NCBI GenBank assembly: GCA_965178125.1
Contig: OZ237739.1
Span: forward strand, 1 to 64,000
Source: Bilabrum cf. latius
Taxonomy: Eukaryota
Reading direction: 5' to 3'
Length of the DNA: 64,000 bases
Position numbers and translations under genes: made by a program. Below, piece by piece: positions 12,156-26,100 of the stretch. How positions within the stretch are numbered: the stretch's first letter is position 1; each line of letters opens with the position of its first letter. The notes below the pieces were generated by a model. The model saw only the letters and a list, made by a program, of their open reading frames with translations, was not told where the DNA came from and made no database searches.

Positions 12156-13115
12156 ATGCCCAAGGAAGTATCGGATGCCAAAACTATGAAAGGGGCCGAA
12201 ATCGCCAAGTCAAAGCCAAAGGATGAGCTGAAGGTCCCAGACCCGGCGTTTTCGTACCCCATGCTTCTTTTGGGATTCATGTGCTTCGTTCCCCACGCCC
12301 TGTTTCTGTGGCACAAGTACGAAACTACTAAGGACAAGGAAAACCCGTTTGGGGAGACACCGTGGTATGAGCCTGTGTCGTTGGCCGTGGGCTACCTCAC
12401 AATGCTATACCTCGGCCCTCTGGCGATGGCCGGCCGCAACTCGTTCCAGATCAAGGAAATTATGGTTGCCTACAACGTTTACCAAGTTATTCTCAATGCT
12501 GTTATGGTAGCTGGACTGTGGCATGGGGCATTGAATGATGGGCAGCCGCTGTGGGGCAAGGTGCTGGACTTTGGCCCGAAGGGACACCCGATCGCATTTT
12601 TCGTCTGGATGCACTACAACGACAAGTTTGTAGAATACCTAGACTCGTTGTTCTTTATCATGCGGCGCAACTTCTTCCTGCTGACTGGCCTGCACTGCTG
12701 GCATCACCTCATTATGGGTCCGGTGTGGTGGTGTGTGATCGCTTATGCTGCTGGAGGTGATGCATGGTACGGAAGCATGTGGAACTCGTTCATCCATGTC
12801 GTTATGTATGGATACTACGCCCTCAAGATCGTAAAGAGTCCCATCGCGAGCTCTATGCAGATGTGGGTGACTGTCCTATAGCTGGTGCAGTTCTGCGCCG
12901 TGGCCGCCCAGAGTGCCTACTTGCTGTATCGCGAGCATGCGCTGGGCATCCCCTCGTACCCGACTTGGCTGACCATCTTGCAGCTGCTTGTGATGATGAA
13001 CATGTTCGTGATGTTCATGCAGTACTTCGCCGGCAGGTACTGCGGGGGCAAGAAGAAGAGCAAGGGCAAGGACAAGGAGACGGCCGCCATCCAGGGCGGC
13101 AAGAAGACCGAGTGA
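12156..13115 (+). CDS. Fatty acid elongase (GNS1/SUR4, ELO family)
   Basis: Motifs KFVEYLDS, LHCWHH (HxxHH box), NSFIHVVMYGYY and TVL*LVQF, where TAG 12879-12881 sits at the conserved Q. C-terminal KKTE ER signal and TGA stop. Confidence 0.93.
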
Positions 13116-13304
13116 GGGATCAAGGACGGGAAGGGAGAGGTGAAACATGCCAATCGAGGCCTGTTCGTGGACTGGGACCCGTGGTTTGCAATCAAACGTA
13201 TTTCATTGACAGTGGCTTGTATGATTTTCTGCTCGTGACGCCATAAGGCAACCATCAAACACGCGCCAAGCCTACACCTCAACATTCATGTCGACTGTTG
13301 GCCC

Positions 13305-13430
13305 TCACCCAGGCCCTTGCCGCCTCGACCTAGACTGCAGCGCAGCCCACTGCTGCTGGTACAAAGAGCCCCCCCTTGGCACCCCCTGGGGCACCCCTTG
13401 CTGCATGGGCATGCTCGGTGCGACTCCGGA

Positions 13431-13464
<34 letters not shown>

Positions 13465-15461
13465 GCTTCGACTGACGGGACGGTTCGCTACATATGCACC
13501 TGGCCTGCCGCCGGCGCTGACCCCGCCGTGCCAGCCGCACTTGGGTTGATGCGGACCCCTTGTGCCATGGCTTGCTGCTGCATAGCCATCATCTGCTGCC
13601 TCATTGCCATCATCTGCTGCTGCATAGCCTGCATTGCCTGCATCTACTGCCAGGCAGCGGTGCCAGGTATCCCCATCCCAGTACTCATGCCAGCGGCACC
13701 CGGCCCCCTGCGCCCACCGACAGGGGGCAATACCCCCGGAGGCAGACCCAGTGCCGCAGGGGTGCCCTGTGCAGCTGGCCCTGTGCCTGGCGCGTAGAAA
13801 GCAGGCCCATAGTCGAGCGGTCGCGCCTTGTCCTGCTCCTTGCGCTGTCTCCTCCGACTCACTCGAGCGCGAGGCTTACCATCCCCTGCTCCAACACCAC
13901 CATCTGTCCCTGCACCCGACTGCTCCCCCGCCCCAGCCCCCGGCCGCACCCTCCGCTTCGCCGCCTTGCGCGCCTTCTTCGCCCTGGCCTCCTCCTCATC
14001 GTCACTGTACTCCATCTCCCAGGCGTTAGGCTCCTCGTCGTGCCACGTGGACGCATCGCTGCCTTTGACCCTGCAGGCGTGCAGCTTCACCGCCCTGGCT
14101 GCAGTGGGCAGGAAGCACAGCGGAGTGCCAGCCTCCAGCTGCGACACATCGCACACAGGCAGGCGGGAGGCACGGCCAACACGAGGAGCCGCAGCTGCTG
14201 GAGTAGTCTCTACCTCCCCTGCTCCATCTCCTGCCCCGTCCCTAGCATTGTCCCCGTCCTCCATTCCCACCTGTTCTCCGCTCCCAGCGCCACTCTCATC
14301 CGCGCCTGACGGCTGGCTCACTCGTTTGGGCAGCTTGACCGTGTACATGGGCGCGTGCACAGGGCCCCACACCTCCACGATCCGGCCCACGACGCTGACA
14401 GGGACATATCGGGCGACCTCGGCATCGCGCGAGGCAGCCTGCGCCTCGATGGCACCTGCCCCAGCCCCAGCTCCAGCCCCCGCACCGGCTGGAGTCGAGC
14501 CGCTGGCCACGCCCTCCTGACCGGCTGCCTGCGCGGAGACAGCCAGATCGGGGGCAGCATGGATGGATGGAACCAGAGCTCCGACGGCCCTTGTAGCCGC
14601 TTCAGAAGCAGGCAGCCCGGCCAGAGCAGCCCGCTGTGCGGCCAGCTGCGCCTCGAACACCGCTTCCTACGAGCCTGCCCCCATGCCTTGCTGCTGCCGC
14701 TCGTCCCATGTCCGGGGAACCTCGGGTGCATCCTAAGTGCGCCGGCCATGAAGAAGAACCGTTCCTTCATCAAGTGTGACGACTCCAGCAGCTGCTCTAG
14801 CCACCACTACCCTATCATGCGGGGAGTAGTGTAGCAAGCTGGCCGCAGCTCGAGCCGGGCCAGGCTTGTCGACTTCAGCCGTCGTATCAGCAAGAATAAC
14901 TGGAGCATCATCAGCCTCTGCTGTTGCAGAGTCAAAATCTCGTTCATGCTCCGATTTGGGGCCACCAGCGAGCAGTGACGTTCCACCCGCCGGTGCTGTC
15001 CCAGTCACGCTGTCAGCGACTGAACCTTCATCGCTGTCCTCGTCGCTGCCATCAGAATCATCGGAACCATCGCTTTGGCTTGACTCATCTTCAGGTGAAA
15101 CGTCTTGCCTGGTGGGTCCGCCTGATTGGACGTCATCGTATCCCTCCTCGCTGCGATCTGCGCGGGCTTCTGGAGGGCCAATCTCCAGGGCGATTTGGGC
15201 TAGGTCAGCAGAATGGCCAGTCAACGCTGAAGCAGATTTCCCTTCATTTTCAACAGCTGCTGCATACACGACGCCGGGCGAGGCTTCTGGTTCTCCTTTT
15301 GGCCCAGAAGGAATCGCTGCATGAACAGCAACAGCTTCAAGCGACTCAGCGGGAACCATTGGAAGCCCATTCGTCGAAGTGGTAGGAGCTTGCGCAAGCG
15401 GATCAAATTCATCATCAGATTCAAGGGCTGGGTCATGAATAGCTTCTTTTGAAGACGACAT
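13305..15461 (-). CDS. NAF1: H/ACA snoRNP assembly factor NAF1 (Gar1/Naf1 domain)
   Basis: VVGRIVEVWGPVHAPMYTV and KGSDASTWHDEE...EYSDDEEE. Single frame through TAGs at 14733, 14667 and 13644, into a Gln/Met-rich tail ending in TGA. Confidence 0.85.
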
Positions 15462-15528
15462 AATCTTGCAATACCTTCAGTTGACGTTGTGGTGTTCTTT
15501 GTTTGCATGTTCCGGTTTCGGAACTCGA

Positions 15529-17232
15529 TCATCGAGGTCCACTGCTCTCGACCCGGCGCTTCTTCTTTGCGCCAACCCCAGAAGTGAGCAATCTACCGCC
15601 GGCGCGAGCATCGGAGTCGCCAGTAGCACCAGCCGCCTCTGCCTCCCCAGCGTCTACAGCTGCCTCGGCCTCGCCGTCCTCCTCAGCTTGCCCAGCCCCA
15701 GCCCCAGCCTCGCCGTCCTCCTCAGCTTGCCCAGCCCCAGCCCCAGCCTCGCCGTCCTCCTCAGCTTGCCCAGCCCCAGCCCCAGCCTCGCCTTCCTCCT
15801 CAGCTTGCCCAGCCCCAGCCCCAGCCTCGCCGTCCTCCTCAGCTTGCCCAGCCCCAGCCCCAGCCTCGCCTTCCTCCTCAGCTTGCCCAGCCCCAGCCCC
15901 AGCCTCGCCTTCCTCCTCAGCTTGCCCAGCCCCAGCCCCAGCCTCGCCGTCCTCCTCAGCTTGCCCAGCCCCAGCCCCAGCCTCGCCGTCCTCCTCAGCT
16001 TGCCCAGCCCCAGCCCCAGCCTCGCCGTCCTCCTCAGCTTGCCCAGCCCCAGCCCCAGCCTCGCCGTCCTCCTCAGCTTGCCCAGCCCCAGCCCCAGCCT
16101 CGCCGTCCTCCTCAGCTTGCCCAGCCCCAGCCCCAGCCTCGCCGTCCTCCTCAGCTTGCCCAGCCCCAGCCCCAGCCTCGCCGTCCTCCTCAGCTTGCCC
16201 AGCCCCAGCCTCGCCGCCCTCCTCAATCACGTCGGGGATCTCACCATCAGCAGGGAAATAAGCGGGGATGGCACTCCTGTATGCGTCCGTGGCCGCATAA
16301 TCAAAGACACAGAAAATGACCCGCTCCAGACAGCTGCTTCCTGCCATAGGGTCCTCTGGTTTGGCTGCATCAGGGCTGCCACTGTCGCCGCCTGCACCAG
16401 TGCCTTCAGTATCCGTGGCTGCGCGCCCAGGCGGAGTTACACCAGCTACATTCGGTCCAGAGGAAACACTCTGTTCCTTGGCCTCGCTTCTTTCACCACC
16501 ATCCGATGCAACCGCGCCGACCGCTGCGTCCTCGCTGCGAGCATCGGATGTATTTGCATCCCCACCTGCAGCAGACTCGGACCCTTTTGGTACATCTAGA
16601 GGCAGGCTAGTGGCCTGACTGTCAGCACTTCCTCCTGCGCCCTGTTTGCCTGCGCTTGCCTCACGTTCCCGAGCACTGCGGGCCATGTGGGCGCGCACCT
16701 CCTCGAGCGCGATACAGCTGGCTTCTTCCACGGGGTATCCATACACACCCGTGGAAACGCTGCAGAATGCAATGCTCTTAAGTTGGCGATTATCAGCTTC
16801 TCGCAGCACCGACCTGTAACACTGTCGCAGTTGGTGTTCTGCCTCATCGGCTCGCCGGCGGTAGTAAATCGGGCCAACGGTGTGAATCACAAATTTTGCA
16901 GGTAGGTTGAACCCATGAGTTGTCTTGGCATCGCCAGTATCGCAGCCTCGGAGTCGCCTGCAAGCGTTTAGTAGGCGGGGTCCCGCTGCCCGGTGGATGG
17001 CTCCATCAACCCCACCTCCACCAAGCAAGCTGCGATTCGCTGCATTCACAATAGCATCAACTGGCAACCTTGTGATATCTCCTCGCCACAAGTAGATGCT
17101 TGCAGATAATCGTTTCAGGATGTCAGGATCCAATGCTATTCGCTTGGCTTGTCTAGCTGATGCTTGTTGCGCATGCTGGCCGCCGTTCGCAAATACAACG
17201 CCAAGCTCGCGAATGCTTTTTAGCCCTTTCAT
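15529..17232 (-). CDS. Macrodomain protein (MacroD/YmdB-like) with acidic repeat tail
   Basis: [45 protein letters not shown] and [16 protein letters not shown] stop. Confidence 0.92.
   Translation of the reverse strand: MKGLKSIRELGVVFANGGQHAQQASARQAKRIALDPDILKRLSASIYLWRGDITRLPVDAIVNAANRSLLGGGGVDGAIHRAAGPRLLNACRRLRGCDTGDAKTTHGFNLPAKFVIHTVGPIYYRRRADEAEHQLRQCYRSVLREADNRQLKSIAFCSVSTGVYGYPVEEASCIALEEVRAHMARSAREREASAGKQGAGGSADSQATSLPLDVPKGSESAAGGDANTSDARSEDAAVGAVASDGGERSEAKEQSVSSGPNVAGVTPPGRAATDTEGTGAGGDSGSPDAAKPEDPMAGSSCLERVIFCVFDYAATDAYRSAIPAYFPADGEIPDVIEEGGEAGAGQAEEDGEAGAGAGQAEEDGEAGAGAGQAEEDGEAGAGAGQAEEDGEAGAGAGQAEEDGEAGAGAGQAEEDGEAGAGAGQAEEDGEAGAGAGQAEEEGEAGAGAGQAEEEGEAGAGAGQAEEDGEAGAGAGQAEEEGEAGAGAGQAEEDGEAGAGAGQAEEDGEAGAGAGQAEEDGEAEAAVDAGEAEAAGATGDSDARAGGRLLTSGVGAKKKRRVESSGPR
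15668..16222. repeat. 39-bp coding minisatellite (~14 copies) in the macrodomain gene
   Basis: Encodes [13 protein letters not shown] on the minus strand. Confidence 0.93.
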
Positions 17233-17394
17233 CGTCTGCCGATGTACGTGACAATGCTCTGGTCTTTCGTACAATTTCTGATTCGGCCAGGCCTTTCGTG
17301 GAATCGCACGCAACCGCGCCGGCAGAGAAAGCCCAGGCGGTCAGCACGTATTACAGCGGTTGCTATTGCCAAGACTCATTCTCCAGTTGATACA

Positions 17395-20300
17395 ATGTCT
17401 GGGTTTGGCGCGCTTGACGACATAACCGATGGAGACGACTACGAAGACGATTCCTTGTCATACGCAGCGCCGTCGAATCCTCTTGCAGTTTAGCGAGAGG
17501 AAGTTGCAGCATCCTTGCTGGGCTCTGATGAAGCCTCACTGCCGAAGAGTGCATCAGGAATCGAAGCACCGAGCCCCGGCTAGGGTCGCTCATCAGGTGT
17601 CTCAAGATCGCCTCCTACACATCGCGAAGCCACCGGGTCCAGTGCCGCTACCTCTGCAGCCAGCGCACGGTCAGGCACAGGATCCTCCGGAATAGGCGCA
17701 CCAGCGAACAATGGCCGGGTCTCTGATAGTCGGGGCTCTGGTGGAGATGATGCAGGCGATGCGGCATTAGGCACGATTCCCGCACTGTCGGGCGCCTTCG
17801 CGCTGACTGCTGCTTTCGATTGGAGAGATGGAAGGTACCAAGCACGACCTGACATCCAAGATCTCAAGGCCGTGCGAGGAAGCACGGTGTCTGGCTCAGA
17901 ATCGAGCGTTCTAGTGGCTTCACGACCAGGTGGTGCTCCTGCCGCGATTGCGGTGCTGTCCTTGGCTCCGGCAGGTGCTCAGCTGCCAGCCGCGCTCGCC
18001 CCGCAGGGCACTCCTCTGGACGGCTCTACTCCAGCCACGCGAAGGAAGCAACCTTGCTATGTATCGTTGCGCGCTACGCAGCCCGCCGGGCTGTCGCTGA
18101 GCCTGTGCATGCGGGACGCGGACGAGGCGGACCGGCTGCTCCGGCACTCGATCGGAGAGCTGCTCAGGGCCAGGCACGGGGCGGCGCCCTCCAGAGAGAA
18201 GGCCGCGGCTGCTCCTGCGCAGAGCGCGCCTCCTGCGTGGTGTGACCTGCCCCTGCCCAGCACCGCCGAGGATGCCCAGCCCGCTGTGCCCCCCCTCGGG
18301 TTCGGAGACAAGGCCCGCGTGGCTTGGAAGGTGTGGGCGGCCGCTGACTTGGACCGGGCGTTACGCAAGGCTGCACAGACCACCACGGGCCTACGCGTGC
18401 CTCCTGCTGCTCAGTCTCCCGCGGGCAGCCCCGCCAAGCTCAAGGTGAGGCCTCCCCCCGCCCTGGAGGGGGCTGGGCCCGAGGCGCTTGCCCGGGCTGC
18501 AGCAGCGCCTGGCCCCGAGGACGTGCGGGATGAAAGCACCGGCCCGGTGGGGCGGCTGCTGCTGGGCGCGAGGAAGGGACAGCCCCGGCTCGGGGTCGTA
18601 CGGGCTCAGGGGGCGCTGGCAGCGCTGGTCCCATCTGGAGAGGAGGAGGAGCAGAGCTGGGCGGGGTGCGGCTGGGTGCTGGTAGAGCTCGTGGTGGAGC
18701 AAGTGAAGCTGGCGAGTGATCGAGCGGCGCGCAAGCAGCGGTCTGGAGGCCCCACTCCTGGGTCCATGGTTGAGTACGAAGGGGAGGGGGACGAAGGGGG
18801 AGGGGCTGCAGGCATCGGGGAGGGCAAGGGCGAGGATGGAGAAGAAGAAGAAGAAGAGGAAGAAGAACACGAAGAGGAAGAAGAAGGGGGTGAGGATGAT
18901 GAGGGTGATGATGACGATGAGGATGATGAGGATGATGCAGCCGCTACTGATGACGAGGACAGTGGCACACGCGACCGCAGGACCAAGATGCTCGCGGCGA
19001 CATCGTCACCACAGGTGCGGGCGCTGGCAGCGGCCATGCATGCAGACCAGCGCAGGAGGTCCAGGACCTCATCGCAGGCATCTGTGAGCTCTATCCCGGC
19101 GAGCAAGGGTGCTGGAGAGCAAGGGCACCCGACTGCCAGCAGCCTGCAAGCTCAAACTGTGGCAGGGCCAGAGCCGGGCAGCGCGCCTGAGCCTGCAACT
19201 GCAGCGCCCGATTCCCGCGAGCAGGCCTAGATCTAGCGTCAGCCGGAACCGACACAGCAGCGACAAGGCAACGACCCGGTTGATAGGACTGGCGATGCTG
19301 CGGGGCTCCCCACGTCCGCCCCTGTTCCTGGTTCGGGTGCGCTCGGTGGACTGGGAGGGGTTGCGATTGGCTCTGGCATGCCCATGGAGCAGCTCATGGC
19401 TCTGGTCGCGACCGCTGCGTCTTCCGCTGCAGCGGTGGCAGTACAGGGAGCGCGGGCACCGGTAAATCCAGGGGCGGCTTCGGGTCGCGAGGGTGCATCA
19501 GCAAAGAGCCAGGAGGAGAGCCATGGCCACGGGCAGGTGCAGGCGCTGGAAGCAAGGCTCGCTAGCCTGGAAGCCCAGCTGGCCCAGAGTGCCGCTGGTA
19601 GCACAAGGACAGGTAGCATGGGCGCCAGCGCTGGGGCAACCAGCCGGGGCGGTGAAGCAGATGAAGTCTCCGCGCAGCAGGCAGCAGCAACCATCACTGA
19701 CAGCGTCGCAGTCATGGCGGAGCGGTGCAGTCGCGCGGAAGATCTGGTGGCTTCACTGCGGGCGGAGGTGCAGGCTAGTCGAGAGGAGGCCAGGGCGATG
19801 AGGGAGGCCCAGGAGCGGGCCGCGACGCAGGCAGAAGAGGCCACCCGTCGGGCAGCTGCCTCCCGGTTGGATCTATCCGAGGCCACGCGGAAGTGCTCAG
19901 AGCTGGAGGAGCGGCTGGCTGCGGGGGCAGGGGAAGGGGCACCAGCGGGGAGGACTTCAGCCAATGAGGAAGCGGTAAAGGAGCTGCAGCGGCAGGTTGA
20001 GGAGGAGAAGCAGAAGAGGGAGGCCGTGGAGCGTGCCCTGCAAGAGGCCCGCGCGGCTCTCGAAAAAGAGCAGCAGGAGAAGAAGAAGGCCGCGGCAGCG
20101 GTTGCAGAGGTGGGGAGGCGCGCCAAGCAGCGGGAGGAGCAGCTGGTGCAGCGCACGAAGGCGCACATCCAAGGACTCCGAGACCGCTTCAAGGAAGAAG
20201 CCGAGGCTCGAGTGCGGGCTGCGAGGGAGGAAGGCGTGCGGGAAGGGAGGCAGCTGGCAGAGGCAAAGGCAGAGGCAGAGGCAGAGGCAGAGGCAGAGGC

Positions 20301-20739
20301 AGAGGCAGAGGCAGAGGCAGAGGCAGAGGCAGAGGCAGAGGCAGAGTCTAGCAAGGCCGCCGAGGATATGGAGAAGGGTGAGGAAAAAGTTAAGGAGAAG
20401 GGGAAGAAGGGCGTCAGCGAGGAATCAGCGGGTGTGGATTCAGAGCTTGCTCCTGTTGCGAGTGCTGCGGTCACTGAGCCAGACGCAGCAGAGCCAGCGC
20501 GTGGGAACCTGGATGACGCTGCTGACAATGGGCCGGGCTCGGTTGGGGAGCCAGGGGTCGAATCCAGTGGGGACGTGTAGGCGTTAGCGAGTGGTGCAGA
20601 AGAGAGCAATGGTGATCCTGTAGGGGCAGGCTCTGATAATGCTGCTGGTTCTCATGACTTGGAAGGGAACCACGGTGAGGGCAGTTCAGTGGAATCGGGG
20701 GACTTCAGAGATGCGGAGGAGGATGAAGAGGATTGGTGA
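17395..20739 (+). CDS. Hypothetical ~1114-aa acidic/coiled-coil protein
   Basis: One continuous frame from ATG 17395 to TGA 20739 when TAGs at 17491, 17581, 19228, 19234 and 20578 are read through. Contains a D/E tract, a coiled-coil region and (AE)n. Confidence 0.75.
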
Positions 20740-21305
20740 TGTTGCTCATGCACCAACCAATGGCTTTTGATTATTCGACTGCAGGCACCGCGCTGGCGAA
20801 TGCATCCGCAGAGGCTAGGGCCGTGCGATCGATTTAGTGCACGTTGGTCGCAAGCAATCGGTTTCACGCGCGATGGCCTCCAGATGTCGTTGGGCTGCAA
20901 TTCAGATCTTGCGCAAGAGGGAACCTACACGTAAGAGAGAAAGCCGTTTGGTTTTTATTATTTGACTGGAACTGTTGTTGTTAATTGGCAGTGGTACCGC
21001 TGCTGTCGGTGCATCGAGAGGTATTGATTGTTTTGCAGCGCTGGCTGGTCTGGCTCGCAGAGCTGTCTCTCGTGTGCAGCACATGCTTATTTTGAGATGA
21101 AGTACCGGCCCTAGCTATTTATTTACCTATTTAAACCACTTTGAACGTGCCGTGCTTCATTCGAGGCACCAATTATGCCAGCAAGCATTCTCAGTTGGTG
21201 CTGCTACCCAGGTCGATCGGTCTGTTTGCATGCTTACGAGCGAAGACGGAAGCCGCTCTATCATATCTACCCTCGAGACTTATCCGCCAATTATATTCGC
21301 AGATA

Positions 21306-21967
21306 ATGGCTGCTAATCAAACAAGCGCAGCAGATTTCTCGCGAACGCGCCCACCGACCGTCTGGGAGTACCAGTGCCTGACCTCTGGATTCGCCGAGCC
21401 TGGCGGGCTCATGACTTGTTTGTACGTCATGTTTTGCCCCGTAAGAATCAATAAAGCCTTCTACAGTGCTAGCATGTCTGTAAACAACGCCATATTCTGA
21501 AACTCGCCCCATTCTCGCGCTGATCTCACGTTGCAGTGTTTGGCTGCCGGATGGGTGTGTGAGTCGAATACGATAGAACTAGGAATCGAATTGGTTTAAT
21601 TTAACTGCATGTCAGCTATCACCGGTGCTGTTCTGGAACGGTTCGTGATGCATTGTGAGCTAGCATGCGGATTAGATTGGATTCTCAGAAATTAGTTCCC
21701 ATTCTCTTCGCAGCCTCTGTGTCAGGGACAAACTACATCGGTTCAGTTCTATGCTACCTACCTTGCCCATGCGTTGTTGGCGGCTTGAACCGCGGTGCTC
21801 TCCGCGAGGTGATCGGAGTGGAGGGCAACATCGTGACGGATGTGCTGTGCCACCTGCCCGTGTGCACGTGCTGCGCTCTCTGCCAAGAGATCAACGAGAT
21901 GCAGTTCCGGGAAGGGTGCAACTACGGAATCAAGCGCGGGAAGCCCCTTCCCCCGGCCCAGGCGTGA
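21306..21967 (+). CDS. PLAC8-family cysteine-rich protein (multi-exon)
   Basis: CLYVMFCP followed by a GTAAG intron; last exon CPCVVGGLNRGALREVIGVEG...CTCCALCQEINE; TGA stop. Confidence 0.8.
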
Positions 21968-22305
21968 GATGTCGTGAGGACCTCGCCTGCTGGTTAGCAT
22001 CACGTGATGGTCATGTCTCCTCGCGACCGAGCTCCGATGCCCTCAGGCGCTGCCCTTCTCTACTTTATTATCATGTTTGTACCGCAGCAGCGTCACCGTA
22101 AACCCAGGCCGCGTGGGCTGATCATCATGGGAGCCTTGTGCTCACAGGCGGTTGAGCAGACTGCCTTGCCAGTGGCTTGGCATGCCACGCGCGCGGTACC
22201 ACCCCTCGCGCACTAGTATGTGTCGATAGGAAGAGATCTTAAAGCTCACGAAGCGCTGCTCGCTGCTAGTCTCAGAGCGAGCCCGGTTGGCGATGACAAT
22301 GAGAT

Positions 22306-22916
22306 TCAGTCTTCATCCTTCTGTGTCCAGACTACCAGCCATGCACTTGTCGTACCAAGCAAGCAAATATCCATTTACGTACTCGTGGGGGGCTCAGTAG
22401 AAATCTCTGCGACGCCCTCTACGCTTTTGCCGACTGATACGCCGAGCATGCGTGCAGCAGCAACTACATCGGCTTCAGAGAGCGACGCGCGATCTTCCGG
22501 CCCGCTCGACGAGGCAGCCGAGCCGCTTGCGCGGGCCGGCTTCGAGGCACTACCAGCCTTGAAACTGGCCTCAGCAGCTTCTAACTTTTGTGCGCGTGCG
22601 ATACCCTGCCTAGCACGGAATGCTGCTCTTGGGGCTGCTTTTAACAAGTCGACTAGGGCCTAAGAGGCCGACGCAGCAATTAGAATTGAAGCTCTGTCAC
22701 CTTCTGGACCCTCCTCGAGAATTGCCCCCCCTGAGTTTGCAATTCGCTCGGCCAGTGATGGTGGAATCTGCGTTGTGGAAGGAATGCGAGCTTGCTGCGG
22801 CCAGGTTCGCACGGAAAAAAGGCTGGAAGGCATGCATACAAGACCAAAGCAGTGAAACTACTAACAGGAATAATATTTGTAGGCTCGCTTGTCCGCCTTT
22901 CTCCTTTTTCGGACAT
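22306..22916 (-). CDS. Small histone-fold protein, possibly a divergent TAF10
   Basis: TQIPPSL...LIAASAS*ALVDLLKAA...SLSEADVVAAARMLGVSV resembles the TAF10 pattern by eye. TAG at 22660; exon ends uncertain. Confidence 0.4.
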
Positions 22917-23127
22917 TACTAGTGCTCTTTACGGAAAATTATGAATCACGTAACAGCACCCTACAAAATAAATCTGCTTTTATTCGCTCCACAGCTTTCA
23001 AGCAGCTTGTTCCAGACGTTCAAGCGTTTTTATTGGTGATTTTGTCTGCTTACAGCCTAATTTTGTATCAGACGCGTGCATTAAGGGGAGAATATCGCTG
23101 CGAAATCAGCGAGCATAGTGACAGGTC

Positions 23128-26100
23128 ATGTCATCCGCTGCGCGAGCATCATCATTGTCTAGCTTGACTTCCCTTAGGGGGTTGACGTCTTCCATATGCC
23201 GGTCAAGTAGGTATTGGAGCTAGTTGTAGGTACTTGGTCGCCCTGCGATGGCCGCAGCTGTTGAGGCCTCTGCGAACCAAGATGGCAAGCATGCTACAAG
23301 GAAGTACTCGGCAACTGCAAGTTTGCAGGCTCGTCAGCGTCGCCCAATAGGGATGAAAGAGCCAATTGATAGTGGAGGACGAGTTATTTAGTCTCCAGTC
23401 GATGTGGCAGACAAGATGCAGTTCCCTGAGCGCCCGGACGGCTCGACCAGCCGCGAGCGCTAGCGTCGAGCCTTGCGCCCATCTGCCGCCCTCGACAAGC
23501 TACCCGACCCCGAGTCGCTGCTAGCTGCGCTTAGAGGTGTCCAGTCTGAGGCTCTCCGCATGCAGCAGCGTTCCACTGATGTTGTGTTGCGCCGGATCCG
23601 CTCCGGGCAAGCCGTCGACCCGTCCTTGGCAGAGCGTGAGGGCTTGCTGGGCGACCTGGCGGAGACAGCCAACGGGATCGCCGAGATTAGAGCTGGAATG
23701 CAGCAAGAATTTGCCCAGGCAGTTGCAATGGAGCGGCAGAGCGATGCCGCTTAGCTCGTCCGCGCCATTCGAGAGCAAATGCGCACCGAGGGCGAGGGTG
23801 AGGGTACTGTGGATCCCAAGTCGCAGCAGGCGCTGGACGAGGCCCTAGAGAGGGTCGTGATGGGAGACGATGGGGCGGCTGCCGCTGCGATGCAGGCTGT
23901 CCGGGCGGGAGAGGGCGCGGTGGAGGCGTGTCTCCGCAGCGTGGAGGCAGCGGTGCAGGAGCAGGAGTCGGCCCGGAAGGAGATCCGGAGCGAGTGGGCA
24001 GCAACAGCAGATACAGATGAACATGCAGGAGAGGACGGCATTGAATTTCACCCTGCGAGCATTGAGTACGAGCTGATGCAGCGTAGGCACAACGAAAAGT
24101 GCTACGGGAGTCCAGACGCGAGTGAGGAGAATGCTGAGGGGGTCCTTCCGCCGGGCGCCATCCGGTTCCAGGAGGCCCTGCTGGCGAGGAGGCTCGAGAT
24201 GCTGGAGAATGTTCGCGTCTAGCAAGGCGGCCGCACCATCCAGCAGACCATGCGGCAGTTTGAAGCGGTGGCCGATGCGTCGCGCCAGACCCTCATGCAG
24301 GTGGAGGCGGCCCCCCTGTCCCCCGAGTAGCGCGAGGAGCTCGACAAGATCACCCAGGACATCGAGCAGCAAGCGCAGGCGGGAAGGAAGGCAGCTGTGC
24401 AGGCGCTGGAGGGCGCAATGGAACGGCTTCACGAGGACTTGCCTTACTCCACGATGGAGGAGACGGACAAAGCGATGCGGCTGGTGCCCAAGGCGCACGA
24501 GACAGACAGTGCTGCCAGCGAGGTTTTCGGGCCCTTGATGCAGGAGCTGGAGGCTGCGGCAGAGAAGGGCGGCGGACCCAACACCGGCCGGGCACTGGCC
24601 CGGGCGGTCAGTCGCGCGGCCTAGGTGAGGGCGCTCATGCTGCTGAACATTGTGGCTGATGTGGCGGAGTGGGGGCCAGCACGTGAAGGGACTGGGGCCG
24701 AAGCTGCTGTCAGCAAGGAGGCGCAGCCCCCATCCGACGAAGAAAGCAAAGCCCCGCGTGGTTCTTTCGAAGCCGTGCAGTATCGGTCAGCCGAAGACCA
24801 GATGGTGATGGCCTGCTGCGACCCGATGCCCTCGGCGCCGGGACAGCCCGATGGCTTCTACTAGTCCGCTCTCGCCAAGAGAGCCAAGCGAGCCGCCGAG
24901 CTGGCGCAGGAGGCCCTGGCCAAGCTTGGACAGACGAGCCTGGAGCAGGCCAAGGCAGCAGGCGCGGAGCAGGTGCAGCTGCAGGAGGCGGAGGTGTCTA
25001 TGGACCTGGCCAGGGAGGCAGGGGTGCTGCTGCACGAGGTGCTGGCGGCGGCAGAGGGCGGCGGCGCCTTTTCTTCCACCGGTGGATTGAGTCAGGGGGC
25101 GAAGGCCTCTTTGGACTCGCTGAGGAGCACCGCGGCCCGTCTGCTCTCGGAGGGGTTCGAGGTGGTGGATCCCCGCGAGGCAGATCTCTTCGAGGAGCAG
25201 CAGTTCGAGGCGGCGAGGAAGGGGCAGAGCATCGAGGACAGGCGGGCCAGGTGGGAGCGCAAGCTGCAGCTGGCCACGGAATCGCTGGGAGACGCTCGCG
25301 ATGCAGGGGACGCGGAGGCCGCCGAGGCGAGCGCAAGCCACACCCGCCGCCTGCTGGCGCGGCACGCCATCGAGGTCCTCTCGGCGGACCGCGACCTGGC
25401 CTCCGCGTGGCGCTAGCTGGCCCTGGACGTGCCCCTGGAGCTCAAGCGGATGGATGATGCCCTGCTCGAGGCGGGGTACGAGGTGGCGGTCAGCATGGTG
25501 CGGTACCAGGACGTGGTCAACGCCAAGAAGAGGGCCTCCAGGACCCTGCAGCCGGATGAGCTGCAGCAGCTCCCCGAGTTCTTGCGCAGGCGGATGGTGG
25601 CTACCGCGGGGCGGCACTCTGCCTCTGACCAGATTGTGGCGGCTCGCTTCGGCGTGGGCCCGCTGGTGTCCCGGCCAGATGAGATGGACCCCTTGTTCTC
25701 TTTGAACTCGGCGGCGCTGGACGAGATCAGGAGGATGCCAGAGCCGTTCCGATCCAAGCTGCTGGACCGGCTGGTGTGGTCGCTGCCCCCCGAGGCCGTG
25801 CTGGACGTGGCTCGGTATGACGAGGAGATCGCGGAGCACATCCGGAGGGAGCGGGTCAGGCGCATGGCTGGCCTGGACGGGGAGGAGCACGGGGACAAGC
25901 AGGGCGCGCCCGGGCTGCCGTACGCCTCCCGTGTGCAGTACGACAGCCGGTACTTTACTCACGAGACGGAGCCCTCGAGGCACCACCCCGTGGCGGACAG
26001 GGGCCTTTACTGCCTGCTGGCCAGGGACGCGGGAGAGATGGAGGCACTCGTGCCGGAGGGGGTCCCTCGCTCCCTCAAGGTCGAGTTTGACGCGACTGCC

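Noticed and set aside
12879-12881. Pyrrolysine or programmed readthrough at TAG
   Set aside because: Pyrrolysine is prokaryotic and gene-specific. Up to 11 TAGs per gene and tandem TAG-TAG pairs (7319-7324, 45065-45070) do not fit leaky readthrough.
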